64,000 bases of DNA from Phycisphaerae bacterium (GCA_050115495.1 JASFQK010000001.1:192001-256000), one strand, 5' to 3'; positions 18,258-28,188 are shown, counted from the stretch's first letter. Numbers and translations are program-made. The notes: generated by a model from the sequence alone, not told the origin.

Positions 18258-20738
18258 GTGGCTGAAACGTCCTACACGCGTGCCCGCCGGACGGCTCTGT
18301 ACGGGCTGCTGCTACAGATCATCGCTTTTGGCGGCGTGCTGGTGCTGGGCCAGAGTTCGCTGTCGGTGGCGATGTTCACGCTGGCCTGGTACATCGGCGG
18401 CGGCATTCCGCTGTGGTTCGTCTGTCTGCTGGTTTTCCGCCAGCACGAACTGGTGGCGCTGGAGTCGCTCGACCTCGAAGAGCTCCGGCGGGAGAAGCAG
18501 AGCGCCGGCGGCGGGGAAGCGATCTTCGACGAGGAAGGCGGCGGGGCGCTCGGTTTCCGGGTGGCCGAGACGCGGCTGCGCTGGATGCAGCGTTGGCTGC
18601 TGCCGGCTTTCGGGCTGGTGACGGCGCTGTACCTGGCCGGGATGGGGATGTGGCTCTGGTACCAGGTGAAGACGCTGGGCGTGCTGGGCCGCGGGGAGCT
18701 GCAGAACCTGCCCATCTCGATGATCCTGCTGGGGGTAGGCGTGCTGTTGCTCTTCCTGTTTGCCCGCTACGCGTCGGGGATGGCGCGGGTGAAGGAATGG
18801 CAGCATTTGCGAGCGTGCGGCTCGTACATGCTGGGCAACGCCATCGCGGCGGCCGCGGCGATCATCTGCCTGGGGGTGGCGATCAGTCCGCTGAAGACGC
18901 CGACGCCCGAGCACGTGCTGGCCTACCTGATCCCGGTGGTGATGGTGCTGGTGGCGGCGGAGACGCTGATCAACTTCATTCTGGATGTCTATCGTCCGCG
19001 AACGCCGGGCGTGGAGCCCCGGGCCTGCTTCGACAGCCGGCTGCTGGCCCTGATCGCCGAGCCGGGCGGGATCGCCTCGACGATCGCGGAGGCGATGAAC
19101 TACCAGTTCGGCTTCGAGGTATCGCACACCTGGTTTTACCAGTTGTTGCAGCGGACGTTCGTGCCGCTGCTCGGGGCGGGGCTGGTGATTTTGTGGGCGC
19201 TGACCTGCATGCTGGTGGTGCAGCCGGGGGAGCACGCCATCGTCGAGCGTTTCGGGCGGCAGTTGAACGCCGAGACGCCGCATAAGTGCGGGCTGCACTG
19301 GAAGCTGCCGTGGCCGATCGACGTGGCCCACAAGTACAACACCGGCGAGCTGCACCAGATCATCATCGGCTTCAAGCAGTTTGACGCCGCGCCTCAGGCC
19401 GATAAAGAGCAGACGCTGGACGTGGCCCTGTGGGACGACGTGAAGCACATGGGCCAGCCGCACTTCGACTTCCTGATTCCGGTGCCGCGGCGGGTGGCCG
19501 AGCTGACGATGGCGCGGCCGGCGGAGCCGACGGTGGCCGAGACGCAGCCGACGACGGCCCCGGGAGAGCGGCGGCCGGAAGAGGCCCTGCCGGTCAACAT
19601 GGTGCGGATGGACGTGGCCATCCAGTATCGGATCCGCGAGGATGACCTGGCCGACTACACGGTGAATATCGTGAACGCCCAGGAAACGCTGCGGGACCTC
19701 GCCTGGGAGGAGGTGGTGCGCTACAGCGCGTCCAATGACCTATTCACCCTGTTGGGCGAGAAGTACGCCACGGCCGCGATGGAGCTGCGCGAGCGCATCC
19801 GCCGGCACGTCGAGGAGTTGGACCTTGGGTTGGAGATTGTTTACGTCGGCGTGCAGAACGTGCACCCCGAGCCGGGCGTGTCCAAGGAATTCCGCCGGGT
19901 CGTCACGGCCGAGCAGGAGAAGATCGCCGCCATTCGCGAAGCGATCGTCAAGGAAAACCAGGTGCTCTCTGCCGTGGCCGGCAGCCGGGGCGTGGCCATC
20001 AATCTGGCGCAGGCGATCGATCATATCGGGCCGAACACGACGGCCCTGAACGACGCCCAGGCCGTGCTGAGCACAGCGGACGCTGGCCTGGTCGAGACGT
20101 ACCGGCAGCGCGTGGCCGAGCATGAGGCGGCGCTGCGGGCGGTGGTCGAGGCCGACTGGCGGCTGCAATTGGCCCGGCTGGACAAGCAGCAGGTCGACTA
20201 CGACTTCGACCTGGGCCTGCAGGACGTGGGCGACAAGGCACGGGCCGGCGCAGCGGTGACGGCGGCGGAGGCGGCGCTGGAGGCGGCGAAGGCGACCCTG
20301 ACCGAAGAGTTGGCTGAGGTGGAGACCGCGGCCCGTCAGCAGCTCTCCGAACCGGTGGTGGCTGCCCTTCGCGAAGAGGCCCAGGCCCAGACGGGGCTGA
20401 CCTTCTGGAACGGCCGGTTGCAGCAGTTGCTGCCGGGCGTGCAGGGCGAGGCGGCGGTCGTATTGGCCAAGGCCCAGGCGGAGCGCTGGGCGATCGAGAT
20501 GCGGGCGGCGGCGGAAGTGGCCCGCGTGGACGGCGAACGGGCGGCGTACCGCGCAGCCCCGCGCGTCTACAAGATCCGCAAGTACCTGGAGGTGCTGACC
20601 GCGGGCATCAAGGATTCGCGGAAGTTCTTCCTGGCGTTTGACCCGGGCAACCGGTGGGTGCGCGTGCGACTGATGGCTGAAGAACAGGCCCGCACCGGCA
20701 TCGAGGATATTGAGACCCGCCAGCCGACGCGGCCCTGA
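18258..20738 (+). CDS. Large SPFH/HflK-like protein with polytopic N-terminal membrane domain
   Basis: About 320 aa multi-TM N-terminus; SPFH start VVQPGEHAIVERFGR...GLHWKLPWPID; LGLEIVYVGVQNVHP; long coiled-coil C-terminus. Confidence 0.85.
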   Translation: MAETSYTRARRTALYGLLLQIIAFGGVLVLGQSSLSVAMFTLAWYIGGGIPLWFVCLLVFRQHELVALESLDLEELRREKQSAGGGEAIFDEEGGGALGFRVAETRLRWMQRWLLPAFGLVTALYLAGMGMWLWYQVKTLGVLGRGELQNLPISMILLGVGVLLLFLFARYASGMARVKEWQHLRACGSYMLGNAIAAAAAIICLGVAISPLKTPTPEHVLAYLIPVVMVLVAAETLINFILDVYRPRTPGVEPRACFDSRLLALIAEPGGIASTIAEAMNYQFGFEVSHTWFYQLLQRTFVPLLGAGLVILWALTCMLVVQPGEHAIVERFGRQLNAETPHKCGLHWKLPWPIDVAHKYNTGELHQIIIGFKQFDAAPQADKEQTLDVALWDDVKHMGQPHFDFLIPVPRRVAELTMARPAEPTVAETQPTTAPGERRPEEALPVNMVRMDVAIQYRIREDDLADYTVNIVNAQETLRDLAWEEVVRYSASNDLFTLLGEKYATAAMELRERIRRHVEELDLGLEIVYVGVQNVHPEPGVSKEFRRVVTAEQEKIAAIREAIVKENQVLSAVAGSRGVAINLAQAIDHIGPNTTALNDAQAVLSTADAGLVETYRQRVAEHEAALRAVVEADWRLQLARLDKQQVDYDFDLGLQDVGDKARAGAAVTAAEAALEAAKATLTEELAEVETAARQQLSEPVVAALREEAQAQTGLTFWNGRLQQLLPGVQGEAAVVLAKAQAERWAIEMRAAAEVARVDGERAAYRAAPRVYKIRKYLEVLTAGIKDSRKFFLAFDPGNRWVRVRLMAEEQARTGIEDIETRQPTRP

Positions 20739-20795
20739 GCGGCCGAAGCGGCGCGCGGGCCGGCGGTCCCGCGCGGCGGATGACGAGGAGCAGAG

Positions 20796-21752
20796 ATGAA
20801 CAGGATCGCGGTACCAACGCTGTTGACGGCCGGGGGCGTGGTGCTCCTGCTGTTGGCCTACGCCCTGACGTTCCAGGTGCGCTTCTCCGAAGTGGCGGTG
20901 ACGGAGAGATTCGGCAAGGCGGATGAGAAGAGCATCGTGACCGATCCCGGCCTGTATTGGCGCTGGCCGTGGCCGATCGACAGGGTCACGAAGTACGACA
21001 AGCGTCTGCGCACGCTGGACACGACCGAGGCCGAGGTCAAGACGAAGGACGGGAAGAACGTCGTCATCGGCAACTACGCCATCTGGCGCATCGAGCAGCC
21101 CCTGCAGTTCTACAAGCGGGTGCGGACGGTGGCCAAGGCGGAGGAGGGCCTGCGGGCCCGTATCGCCGATCGCCGCCAGGCGGTCATCGGCAACGAGAAC
21201 CTGTCGGCCTTCGTCAACCTGGACGAGGCGCGGGTCACGGAGAGCTACGACCGCATCGAAGAGGCCTTGCTGAACGGCAAGGGGTTGGAGCCGGGTGGCG
21301 AAACCCGCTCTCTCGCCGAGGGCGTGCTCGAGGATTTCGGCATTCACCTCGAGAAGGTGGCCATCCGTCGCATTTCGCTGCCCCAGGAGACTACGCAGAG
21401 CGTCTTCCAGCAGATGATCGCCGAGCGGCAGAAGGTGGCCGCCGGCTACCGCGAGGAGGGCAAGTCGCGGGCGCAGTCGATCACGGCAGCGGCCGAGGCG
21501 GCCAAGCAGCAGATCCTGGCGTTTGCCCGGACGAAGGCCGAGCAGGAGCGGACCAAGGGCGTGCAGGCCAGCACCCGCGTGCTGGCTCAGATTGAAGCCG
21601 AGGACGTGGAGTTCTTCGAGTGGCTGCGCTGGCTGGACGCCCTGCGCGTCTCGCTGCAGCAGAAGAGCACCATCTTCCTGGACAGCGACTCGGAGCTGTT
21701 CAAGCCCTTCATGGGACCGCTGGCACCGACCTCGCAGCCGGGCAGGGAGTAG
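20796..21752 (+). CDS. SPFH protein, HflC-like
   Basis: One N-terminal TM; RFGK...PGLYWRWPWPI; YDKRLRTLD; TKDGKNV; VFQQMIAERQKVA...REEG. Confidence 0.88.
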   Translation: MNRIAVPTLLTAGGVVLLLLAYALTFQVRFSEVAVTERFGKADEKSIVTDPGLYWRWPWPIDRVTKYDKRLRTLDTTEAEVKTKDGKNVVIGNYAIWRIEQPLQFYKRVRTVAKAEEGLRARIADRRQAVIGNENLSAFVNLDEARVTESYDRIEEALLNGKGLEPGGETRSLAEGVLEDFGIHLEKVAIRRISLPQETTQSVFQQMIAERQKVAAGYREEGKSRAQSITAAAEAAKQQILAFARTKAEQERTKGVQASTRVLAQIEAEDVEFFEWLRWLDALRVSLQQKSTIFLDSDSELFKPFMGPLAPTSQPGRE

Positions 21753-21756
21753 GGCC

Positions 21757-23022
21757 ATGGACGAGCACGGACATTACCCAATGGCAGGCGCCGGCGGCCC
21801 GCCGGAGCCGGCAGGCGATCCGGCACAGCAGTCGTTGGGCAGCGCGCTGCGTTCGAGCTTCGCGATTCTGCGGCTGGTCATCTTTGTCCTGTTGGCGCTC
21901 TATCTGTTGTCGGGCGTCTTCCGGATTCAGCCGGGAGAGCAGGGTATCGTCGCCCGCTTCGGTAAGCTGATGGAGAACCGGGAAACGGGCAAGTTCGTGT
22001 TCACCGAAGGCTGGGTATGGTGGGTGCTGCCCGAGCCTTTCGACGAGAAGATCACGATCTCCGGCAATATCGAGCGCATGACGATCGACACGTTCATGTT
22101 CGCCCGCACTGAGGACGCGATCAGGAACGACACGGACATCGCCACGCTCAAGCCGCGCGGCAACCAGATCAACCCGGGCCGCGACGGGGCCATGCTGACC
22201 GGCGACAAGAACCTCTCCCACGGCTTGTGGGAGGTGGAGTACCGCATCGTCGACGGGGCGGCTTTCGTTACGCATGTGGGCGAGGGGCCCGAGGAGTTCG
22301 CCCCCCTGCTGCAACGGTCGCTGGAGAACTCGATTCTCCGCGAGGTGGCCTACCGCAAGGTGGAGGAGGTCACGCGAACGAAGATCGACAGCGTCGCCGA
22401 CCGCGTGCTGCGGCGCTTGCAGAAGAACCTGGACGCCCTGCACACGGGCGTGGAAGTCGTCAAGACCAACCCCAACGTGATCGTGCCGGCGCAGGTGGCT
22501 CCGGCCTTCACCGAGGTCACCAACGCCGAGAACGAACGCACCCGGCAGGAGCACGGCGCCGAGCAGAAGGCCACAGAGATCCTGAACCAGGCCGCCGGCC
22601 CCGCTCACCGTGCGGTGCTGGAGAAGATCCGGGCCTACGGGGCGGCGCAACTCGCCGGCGCCGAGCCGGAGGAGCTGGCCCGGCTCCTGGCGGAGATCAA
22701 TACGTCGCTGGACACGGCGGAGGGCGAGGTCGCGGTGGCCCTGCGCGAGGCCCGGGCCGAGGCCAACACCGTGCGCGAGGAGATCAACCGCCAGTACCAG
22801 GAATACACCGAGTGGCTCAAGCAGTACCGGGCGCTGCCGCAGGCGACGCTGGTGTCGCTCTGGTCGCAGATGCGCGAGCAGATTCTGACCAACAAGGACA
22901 ACGAGCTGTTCTGGCTGCCGGACAGCAACGTCATTGAGATCCTGGTGAACCGCGATCCGAACCGGGCCATCGAGGCCGAGCGTGAACGCCTGCAGAAGCA
23001 GATGCAGGACCAGGAGCGCTAA
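21757..23022 (+). CDS. SPFH protein, HflK-like
   Basis: One TM; SGVFRIQPGEQGIVARFGK; MLTGDKNL; PAQVAPAFTEVTNAENE. Confidence 0.88.
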   Translation: MDEHGHYPMAGAGGPPEPAGDPAQQSLGSALRSSFAILRLVIFVLLALYLLSGVFRIQPGEQGIVARFGKLMENRETGKFVFTEGWVWWVLPEPFDEKITISGNIERMTIDTFMFARTEDAIRNDTDIATLKPRGNQINPGRDGAMLTGDKNLSHGLWEVEYRIVDGAAFVTHVGEGPEEFAPLLQRSLENSILREVAYRKVEEVTRTKIDSVADRVLRRLQKNLDALHTGVEVVKTNPNVIVPAQVAPAFTEVTNAENERTRQEHGAEQKATEILNQAAGPAHRAVLEKIRAYGAAQLAGAEPEELARLLAEINTSLDTAEGEVAVALREARAEANTVREEINRQYQEYTEWLKQYRALPQATLVSLWSQMREQILTNKDNELFWLPDSNVIEILVNRDPNRAIEAERERLQKQMQDQER

Positions 23023-23038
23023 GCCGGCGCCCCCGAGG

Positions 23039-24205
23039 ATGCCCGTGAACACCCCGTCGATCATTTCCGCCGTCGGCCTGACCAAGGTCTTTCGGGACTT
23101 CTGGCGGCGGGCCCGCGTCAAGGCCGTCAACAGCGTCGATCTGGAGATTCAACCCGGCGAGATCTTCGGCCTGCTGGGCCCCAACGGTTCGGGCAAGAGC
23201 ACGACCATCAAACTCATTCTCGGCCTGCTGCACCCCACGCGTGGCCGCGTCGCCGTCTTCGGCCGACCGCCGGACGACGTCCGCTCCAAGTCGCGCATCG
23301 GCTACCTGCCGGAAGAGTCGTACCTCTACCGCTTCCTGAACGCCCGCGAGACGCTGGACTACTACGGCACACTGTTCCGCATTCCGCGCGGCGAGCGTCG
23401 CCGGCGAACCGAGGGGTTGCTGGAGATGGTCGGCCTGAGGTCGGCGGCCCGGCGGGCGGTGGGCGAGTATTCGAAGGGTATGGCCCGGCGCATCGGCCTG
23501 GCCCAGGCCCTGGTGAACGATCCCGACCTGCTGATTCTCGACGAGCCGACCAGCGGTCTCGACCCGATCGGTGCCAAGCTGGTCAAGGACATCATCGTGC
23601 GCCTCGGCCAGCAGCATAGGAAGACCATCCTCCTTTCGAGCCACCTGCTGGCCGACGTCGAGGAGGTCTGCGACCGGGTGACGATTCTCTACGGTGGGCG
23701 GGAGCAGGTGAGCGGGCGCATCTCCGAAGTACTGGCGCACCGCGACAAGACGCAGATTCTCTGTGACCGGCTGAGTCCGGAGACGATCGCCGCCGTCACC
23801 GACCTGGTGCAGCGGCAGGAGGGCAAGACGCTCGAGGTGTCCACGCCGCGCGATCGGCTCGAAACGCTGTTCCTGCGGATCGTGCGCGAGGCGCACGCTC
23901 ACAAGGTGGAGACGGCGGGTTCGGCGGTGGCCGGCGAGATCGCCTCGTTCCTCGGTGAGAGTGAGCAGGGCAAGGCCGTGCTGGAATCGCTGACCAAGGT
24001 CGAGCCGGTCGAGACCGGGCCGGCCGAACCCGAGCCGGTGCCGTCCGGTACCGATGCGACGCTGCTGGGCGAGCTCGTGGCCCCGCCGCCGGCGCCGAAG
24101 CCAGCGGCCGGGCCGGCGGTGCCTGCGCCGCCGCCACGCGGTGACGTCGACCGCACCGTGCTCGACGAGCTGACCGAAGACGAGGGCGGCGGGGGCGGGG
24201 CATGA
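23039..24205 (+). CDS. ABC transporter ATP-binding protein with Pro/acidic C-terminal extension (start may be GTG 23045)
   Basis: GPNGSGKST, YSKGMARR, LILDEPTSGLD, SSH. Confidence 0.95.
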   Translation: MPVNTPSIISAVGLTKVFRDFWRRARVKAVNSVDLEIQPGEIFGLLGPNGSGKSTTIKLILGLLHPTRGRVAVFGRPPDDVRSKSRIGYLPEESYLYRFLNARETLDYYGTLFRIPRGERRRRTEGLLEMVGLRSAARRAVGEYSKGMARRIGLAQALVNDPDLLILDEPTSGLDPIGAKLVKDIIVRLGQQHRKTILLSSHLLADVEEVCDRVTILYGGREQVSGRISEVLAHRDKTQILCDRLSPETIAAVTDLVQRQEGKTLEVSTPRDRLETLFLRIVREAHAHKVETAGSAVAGEIASFLGESEQGKAVLESLTKVEPVETGPAEPEPVPSGTDATLLGELVAPPPAPKPAAGPAVPAPPPRGDVDRTVLDELTEDEGGGGGA

Positions 24206-25593
24206 GAAACACGCTGGCCATCGCCCGGCTGATGATCGCCGAGGGCGTCCGCATGCGGATCGTCCTGGTGTTCATCGTCGTGCTGGTGTTCATCGTGCTC
24301 CGGCTGCCGTTCACGCTGCGCGGGGACGAGACGGTCTCGGGGCAGTTGCAGACGTTCCTGGCGTATTCGCTGGGGGCGGTGAGTATTCTGCTGGGAGTGG
24401 CCTGCGTCTTTCTCTCCTGCGCTACGCTGACGGGGGAGATCAAGAGCTTCACCATCCACCTGCTGGTGACCAAGCCGGTCTCGCGGTTCGAGATTCTGCT
24501 CGGCAAGTGGCTGGGCATCAACGTGCTGCTGCTGACGCTCGTGGCGGCCAGCGGGGTAACCATCTACGGTTTCGCCCGCTTCATCAAGTCGCGGCCGGTG
24601 GCCTTCGAGCGCGACGCGGTGAACCTGCGGGACGTCGTGTGGCGGGCTCGCGTGGCGGCCGACCCGACACCGCCGCCGGAGCTGGAAGACCAGGCCCGCG
24701 AATGGGTGCGGTCGCAGGTCGGTCAGGGACAGCATTTCGCCCGCGGGGAGGCCTTCGCCTACGCCGAGCGGCTCAAGGCTTTGCAGAGCGAGTGGCGGAC
24801 GCTCAATCCCGGCCAGGCGCGGGCGTATCTGTTCGAGAACCTGATCCCGCCGCGCTCGGCCGATGCGGTGATCCAGGTGCGCTACCGCGTGCGGGGCGTG
24901 AACCTCCAACTCGACCAGATGGTGCCGGTGGCCTTCGCTTTCGCCGATCCGGACGATCTTGAGCCGCTCAGCGAGTGGCATGACGTCCGGGAGCGGTCGG
25001 CGGATCTGCACCAGTTCCTGGCGAAGGGGCAGCCGGTCATCAAGGACGGCTGCACGGCGCTGCTGGTCGGCAACCGGGGCCTGCCGCCGTACGAACGCGT
25101 GTCGTTTCACATCGAGGAGGAGGACGGCCTGCAGATCCTCTACAGCGTGGGGACGTTCGAGGAGAACTTCGTCAAGACGCTGTTGATGGTCTACGCCCGG
25201 CTGGCGTTTCTGAGTGCCGTGGGGCTGTTCTTCAGCGTATTTGTGTCGTTCCCGGTGGCCTGCCTGTGCGCGTTCACGTTTTACCTGATCTGCCTGGGCA
25301 TGCCCTACTGGCTCGAGTCGGTCGGGGCGAACCTGGAATACTGGACCGAAGGGGTGGACCCCTACGGCCGATACGGGCCGGCGATCCGTATGGTGCTCGT
25401 GCCGATCATGCGCTTCGTCTTCCCGAACTTCGGGGCGTACGACGGCGGGCAGTATCTCATCGACGGGCTGTACATCAATTACGGGCTGCTGTGCAAGGCC
25501 CTGGGGCACACGCTGCTGTACGGGATCCTGCTGCTGCTGTTGCCCGGTTGGCTCATGTTCCGTTCGCGAGAGATCGCGGAGGTGACCGTGTGA
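24202..25593 (+). CDS. ABC-2 type permease with large extracytoplasmic loop
   Basis: IARLMIAEGVR, EIKSFTIHLLVTKPVSRFEILLGKWLG, ends FRSREIA; ATGA overlap with the ATPase. Confidence 0.9.
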   Translation: MRNTLAIARLMIAEGVRMRIVLVFIVVLVFIVLRLPFTLRGDETVSGQLQTFLAYSLGAVSILLGVACVFLSCATLTGEIKSFTIHLLVTKPVSRFEILLGKWLGINVLLLTLVAASGVTIYGFARFIKSRPVAFERDAVNLRDVVWRARVAADPTPPPELEDQAREWVRSQVGQGQHFARGEAFAYAERLKALQSEWRTLNPGQARAYLFENLIPPRSADAVIQVRYRVRGVNLQLDQMVPVAFAFADPDDLEPLSEWHDVRERSADLHQFLAKGQPVIKDGCTALLVGNRGLPPYERVSFHIEEEDGLQILYSVGTFEENFVKTLLMVYARLAFLSAVGLFFSVFVSFPVACLCAFTFYLICLGMPYWLESVGANLEYWTEGVDPYGRYGPAIRMVLVPIMRFVFPNFGAYDGGQYLIDGLYINYGLLCKALGHTLLYGILLLLLPGWLMFRSREIAEVTV

Positions 25594-25636
25594 GCGCGGG
25601 CTGGCGGCGAGCGTACAGGCGCGGGAGGGTGGACCG

Positions 25637-27832
25637 ATGATGCGTCCGCGCATGATTCAGCTTACCGCCCTGGTGGCCTGCGTGGCCCTGGTGTACGGCG
25701 CGGCGCAGTTCGTGCCCGCGGTGAACAAGGGCCGGCAGGCCCTCAACATGTACGGCAGCGCGGACGTGCTGGAGAACGCGCCGCCGGAATACGCTTTCGC
25801 CATTCAGGCCTTCGGGGCCTTCCGCAGCATCATCGTCAACATCGCCTTCATTCGGGCGGAGACGTACAAGGAGGAGGGGCGCTACTACGACGCCATGCAG
25901 CTGGCCTCGTGGATCTGCCGCCTCCAGCCGCATTTCCCGTCGGTGTGGGAGTTCCAGGCGTGGAACATGGCCTGGAACATCTCGGTAACGACCTACACGG
26001 CGGAGGAGCGTTGGAACTGGGTGTACAACGGGGTGCGGCTGCTGCGCGACGCCGGCATCGAGGCCAACCCGCGGTCCGTGAATCTCTACAAACAACTCGC
26101 CTGGATCTTCAACAACAAGATGGGCGAGAACATGGACGACTTCCACTGGGAGTACAAGCGGAACTGGGCCTGGCGCATGCACCTGGTCCTCGGTCCGCGG
26201 CCCAGCAGCCTGGGAGCGTACACACCCGAGGAGAAGTTCGAGCCGGTCACCTTCGACGTCGCTACCGACCCGCTGCTGGAGATGGCCCGCACGACGGCCG
26301 AGCAACAGGAGGCTCGCCGGCAGCAGCGCCGGGAAGAACTGGGCGTCCCCTACCGCACGACTCGTAGCCTCGAGGAGCGACTGCAGGAGATTCCGCTGGA
26401 CGTACCCAGCGACGAGGGGCCCCTGACGCCGGCCCAGATTCGCCAGCGGGTGATCCGCGACTATCTCCAGCGCATCGCCAACGCGCCGGCGAAGCTGGCC
26501 GGGCTGTACGAAGCTTATCCCGAGACGCGCGACATGGTGGCCCGGCTGCGCGAGATCGGCGTGGAGATCACGGACGATACGCTCACCGAGGACACGTACT
26601 GGTACGACGGCAAGCTGGCCCAGACCTTCTTCAGCCGCTACCGCGGGTTACTGGATACACCCTCGCTGCGGGAGACGATCAGCGCCGAGGCGGACGAGGC
26701 CGCGGCAGTCGAGGCGGCGGCCCGGGAGCGCCTGGACGAGATCCTCGGGGCGCGGGCCGGCAACCCCGCCGGGCGGGCCCTGGTCCGCTTCCTCCAGCGC
26801 AAAGTGCTGCTCGAGGTCTACAAGCTCGATCCGGCGGCGATGGTCAAGCTGGTCGAGCACTTCGGGCCGCTGGACTGGCGCGTGGTGGACACGCAGAGTC
26901 TGTACTGGGTGACGCAGGGTCTGATCCGCGGCGGTGAGACGATCAGCAACTTCCAGAACGACAAGACGAACACGGCGCGCATCCTGTTTTTCAGCCTGCG
27001 CAACCTGTTCCTGCGTAACCGGATCACGTTCGAACCGAACCCCGAGGACGTGAACAAGTCGTACATCAACTTCTCGCCGGACATTGACTTCGTCGAGCCG
27101 ATGCACCGGGCGTTCGTCACGTACGCGCCGATGATTGACCCGGACCCCGGCAACGCCAACAACGCCGGGGAGACCTTCCGTAGCGGACACGTGAACTTCC
27201 TGCGGGAAGCGATTCGCATGCTCTGGTTCTCCAACCGTGTCGATGAGGCGCAGAAGTACTACACGTACCTGAACCAGCACTACGGCATTCGCCCGGACGG
27301 CTCGGTCGAGACGCGGTACCAGATGCCGCTGCGGGACTTCGTGGTGTCGACGTTCTACGGCAACATCGAGACCCCGCGCGAGACCGGGCGGCTCATCGCC
27401 GATCTGCTCTATCGGGCGTATGAGGCCCTGGCGGACGAGGACGCGGCCACCTACAACCAACTGGTGAGCAAGGCGCTCGAGTTCCACACGCAGTACACCA
27501 TCGAGCACAAGACACAGACCACGCCGCGGATGGCGCTGCGGCCGTTCCAGGACTACCAGATCGACATGTTCCGCGAGTGGTTCAACGTGCCGGTCCTATC
27601 CTCGACGATCACCATTCATAAGGCACACCTGTGGCGCGTGGCTCCGCCGACGCTGAAGCAGTGGGTCTATGACGACCTGATCGGTGTGTTGTCGGCGGAG
27701 TGCGCAGCGTGGAATTTCGACCCGGCCAAGGCGTTCCCCGAGCCGCCGGGCATGGCCGAGTTCCGCGAGGCCCACCCGCGCCGCGAGGTGGATCGCCAGG
27801 AGACCGACGTCGAGACCGTGCCCGAGCCGTAG
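25637..27832 (+). CDS. Conserved-looking membrane-anchored helical (TPR-like) hypothetical protein
   Basis: N-terminal TM; LQPHFPSVWEFQAWNMAWNISV...ERWNWVYNGVRLLRD; typical codon usage; RBS GGAGGG. Confidence 0.8.
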   Translation: MMRPRMIQLTALVACVALVYGAAQFVPAVNKGRQALNMYGSADVLENAPPEYAFAIQAFGAFRSIIVNIAFIRAETYKEEGRYYDAMQLASWICRLQPHFPSVWEFQAWNMAWNISVTTYTAEERWNWVYNGVRLLRDAGIEANPRSVNLYKQLAWIFNNKMGENMDDFHWEYKRNWAWRMHLVLGPRPSSLGAYTPEEKFEPVTFDVATDPLLEMARTTAEQQEARRQQRREELGVPYRTTRSLEERLQEIPLDVPSDEGPLTPAQIRQRVIRDYLQRIANAPAKLAGLYEAYPETRDMVARLREIGVEITDDTLTEDTYWYDGKLAQTFFSRYRGLLDTPSLRETISAEADEAAAVEAAARERLDEILGARAGNPAGRALVRFLQRKVLLEVYKLDPAAMVKLVEHFGPLDWRVVDTQSLYWVTQGLIRGGETISNFQNDKTNTARILFFSLRNLFLRNRITFEPNPEDVNKSYINFSPDIDFVEPMHRAFVTYAPMIDPDPGNANNAGETFRSGHVNFLREAIRMLWFSNRVDEAQKYYTYLNQHYGIRPDGSVETRYQMPLRDFVVSTFYGNIETPRETGRLIADLLYRAYEALADEDAATYNQLVSKALEFHTQYTIEHKTQTTPRMALRPFQDYQIDMFREWFNVPVLSSTITIHKAHLWRVAPPTLKQWVYDDLIGVLSAECAAWNFDPAKAFPEPPGMAEFREAHPRREVDRQETDVETVPEP

Positions 27833-27836
27833 CGCC

Positions 27837-27857
27837 GCCGGGCGGAACCCGCCCTAC
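27837..27857 (-). repeat. GTAG-type REP-like palindrome
   Basis: Minus strand GTAGGGCGGGTTCCGCCCGGC; related to 14783-14803. Confidence 0.65.
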
Positions 27858-27894
27858 CTCTCAGTCCCGGTCGCTATTCCGCGAACGCCCCGTT

Positions 27895-28188
27895 TCAGTA
27901 TCGGACCTGAAAGTCCGTCTCGTCGCCGCGGGCGGGTTGGTTCTCGATGTCGGCACTGATGATGTTGGCGTGGAAATGGCGGGCGATGGCGTCGAGGAAA
28001 GCGCTGACCTGATCCGGGGGGCCTTCGGCTTCGAGCTCGACGGCGCCGTCCCGCCGGTTGCGGACGTAGCCGGTGACGGCGAAGCCGCGGGCCAGGTCGG
28101 TGGAGGTGGCCCGGAAGAAGACGCCCTGCACGCGCCCGCTGTACACCACGCGACGCCGCACGGGCCCGGTCTCGCTGGTGCCGCTCAT
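27895..28188 (-). CDS. acyP: Acylphosphatase
   Basis: SGRVQGVFFR, GYVRNRRDGAVELEAEG. Confidence 0.93.
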   Translation of the reverse strand: MSGTSETGPVRRRVVYSGRVQGVFFRATSTDLARGFAVTGYVRNRRDGAVELEAEGPPDQVSAFLDAIARHFHANIISADIENQPARGDETDFQVRY

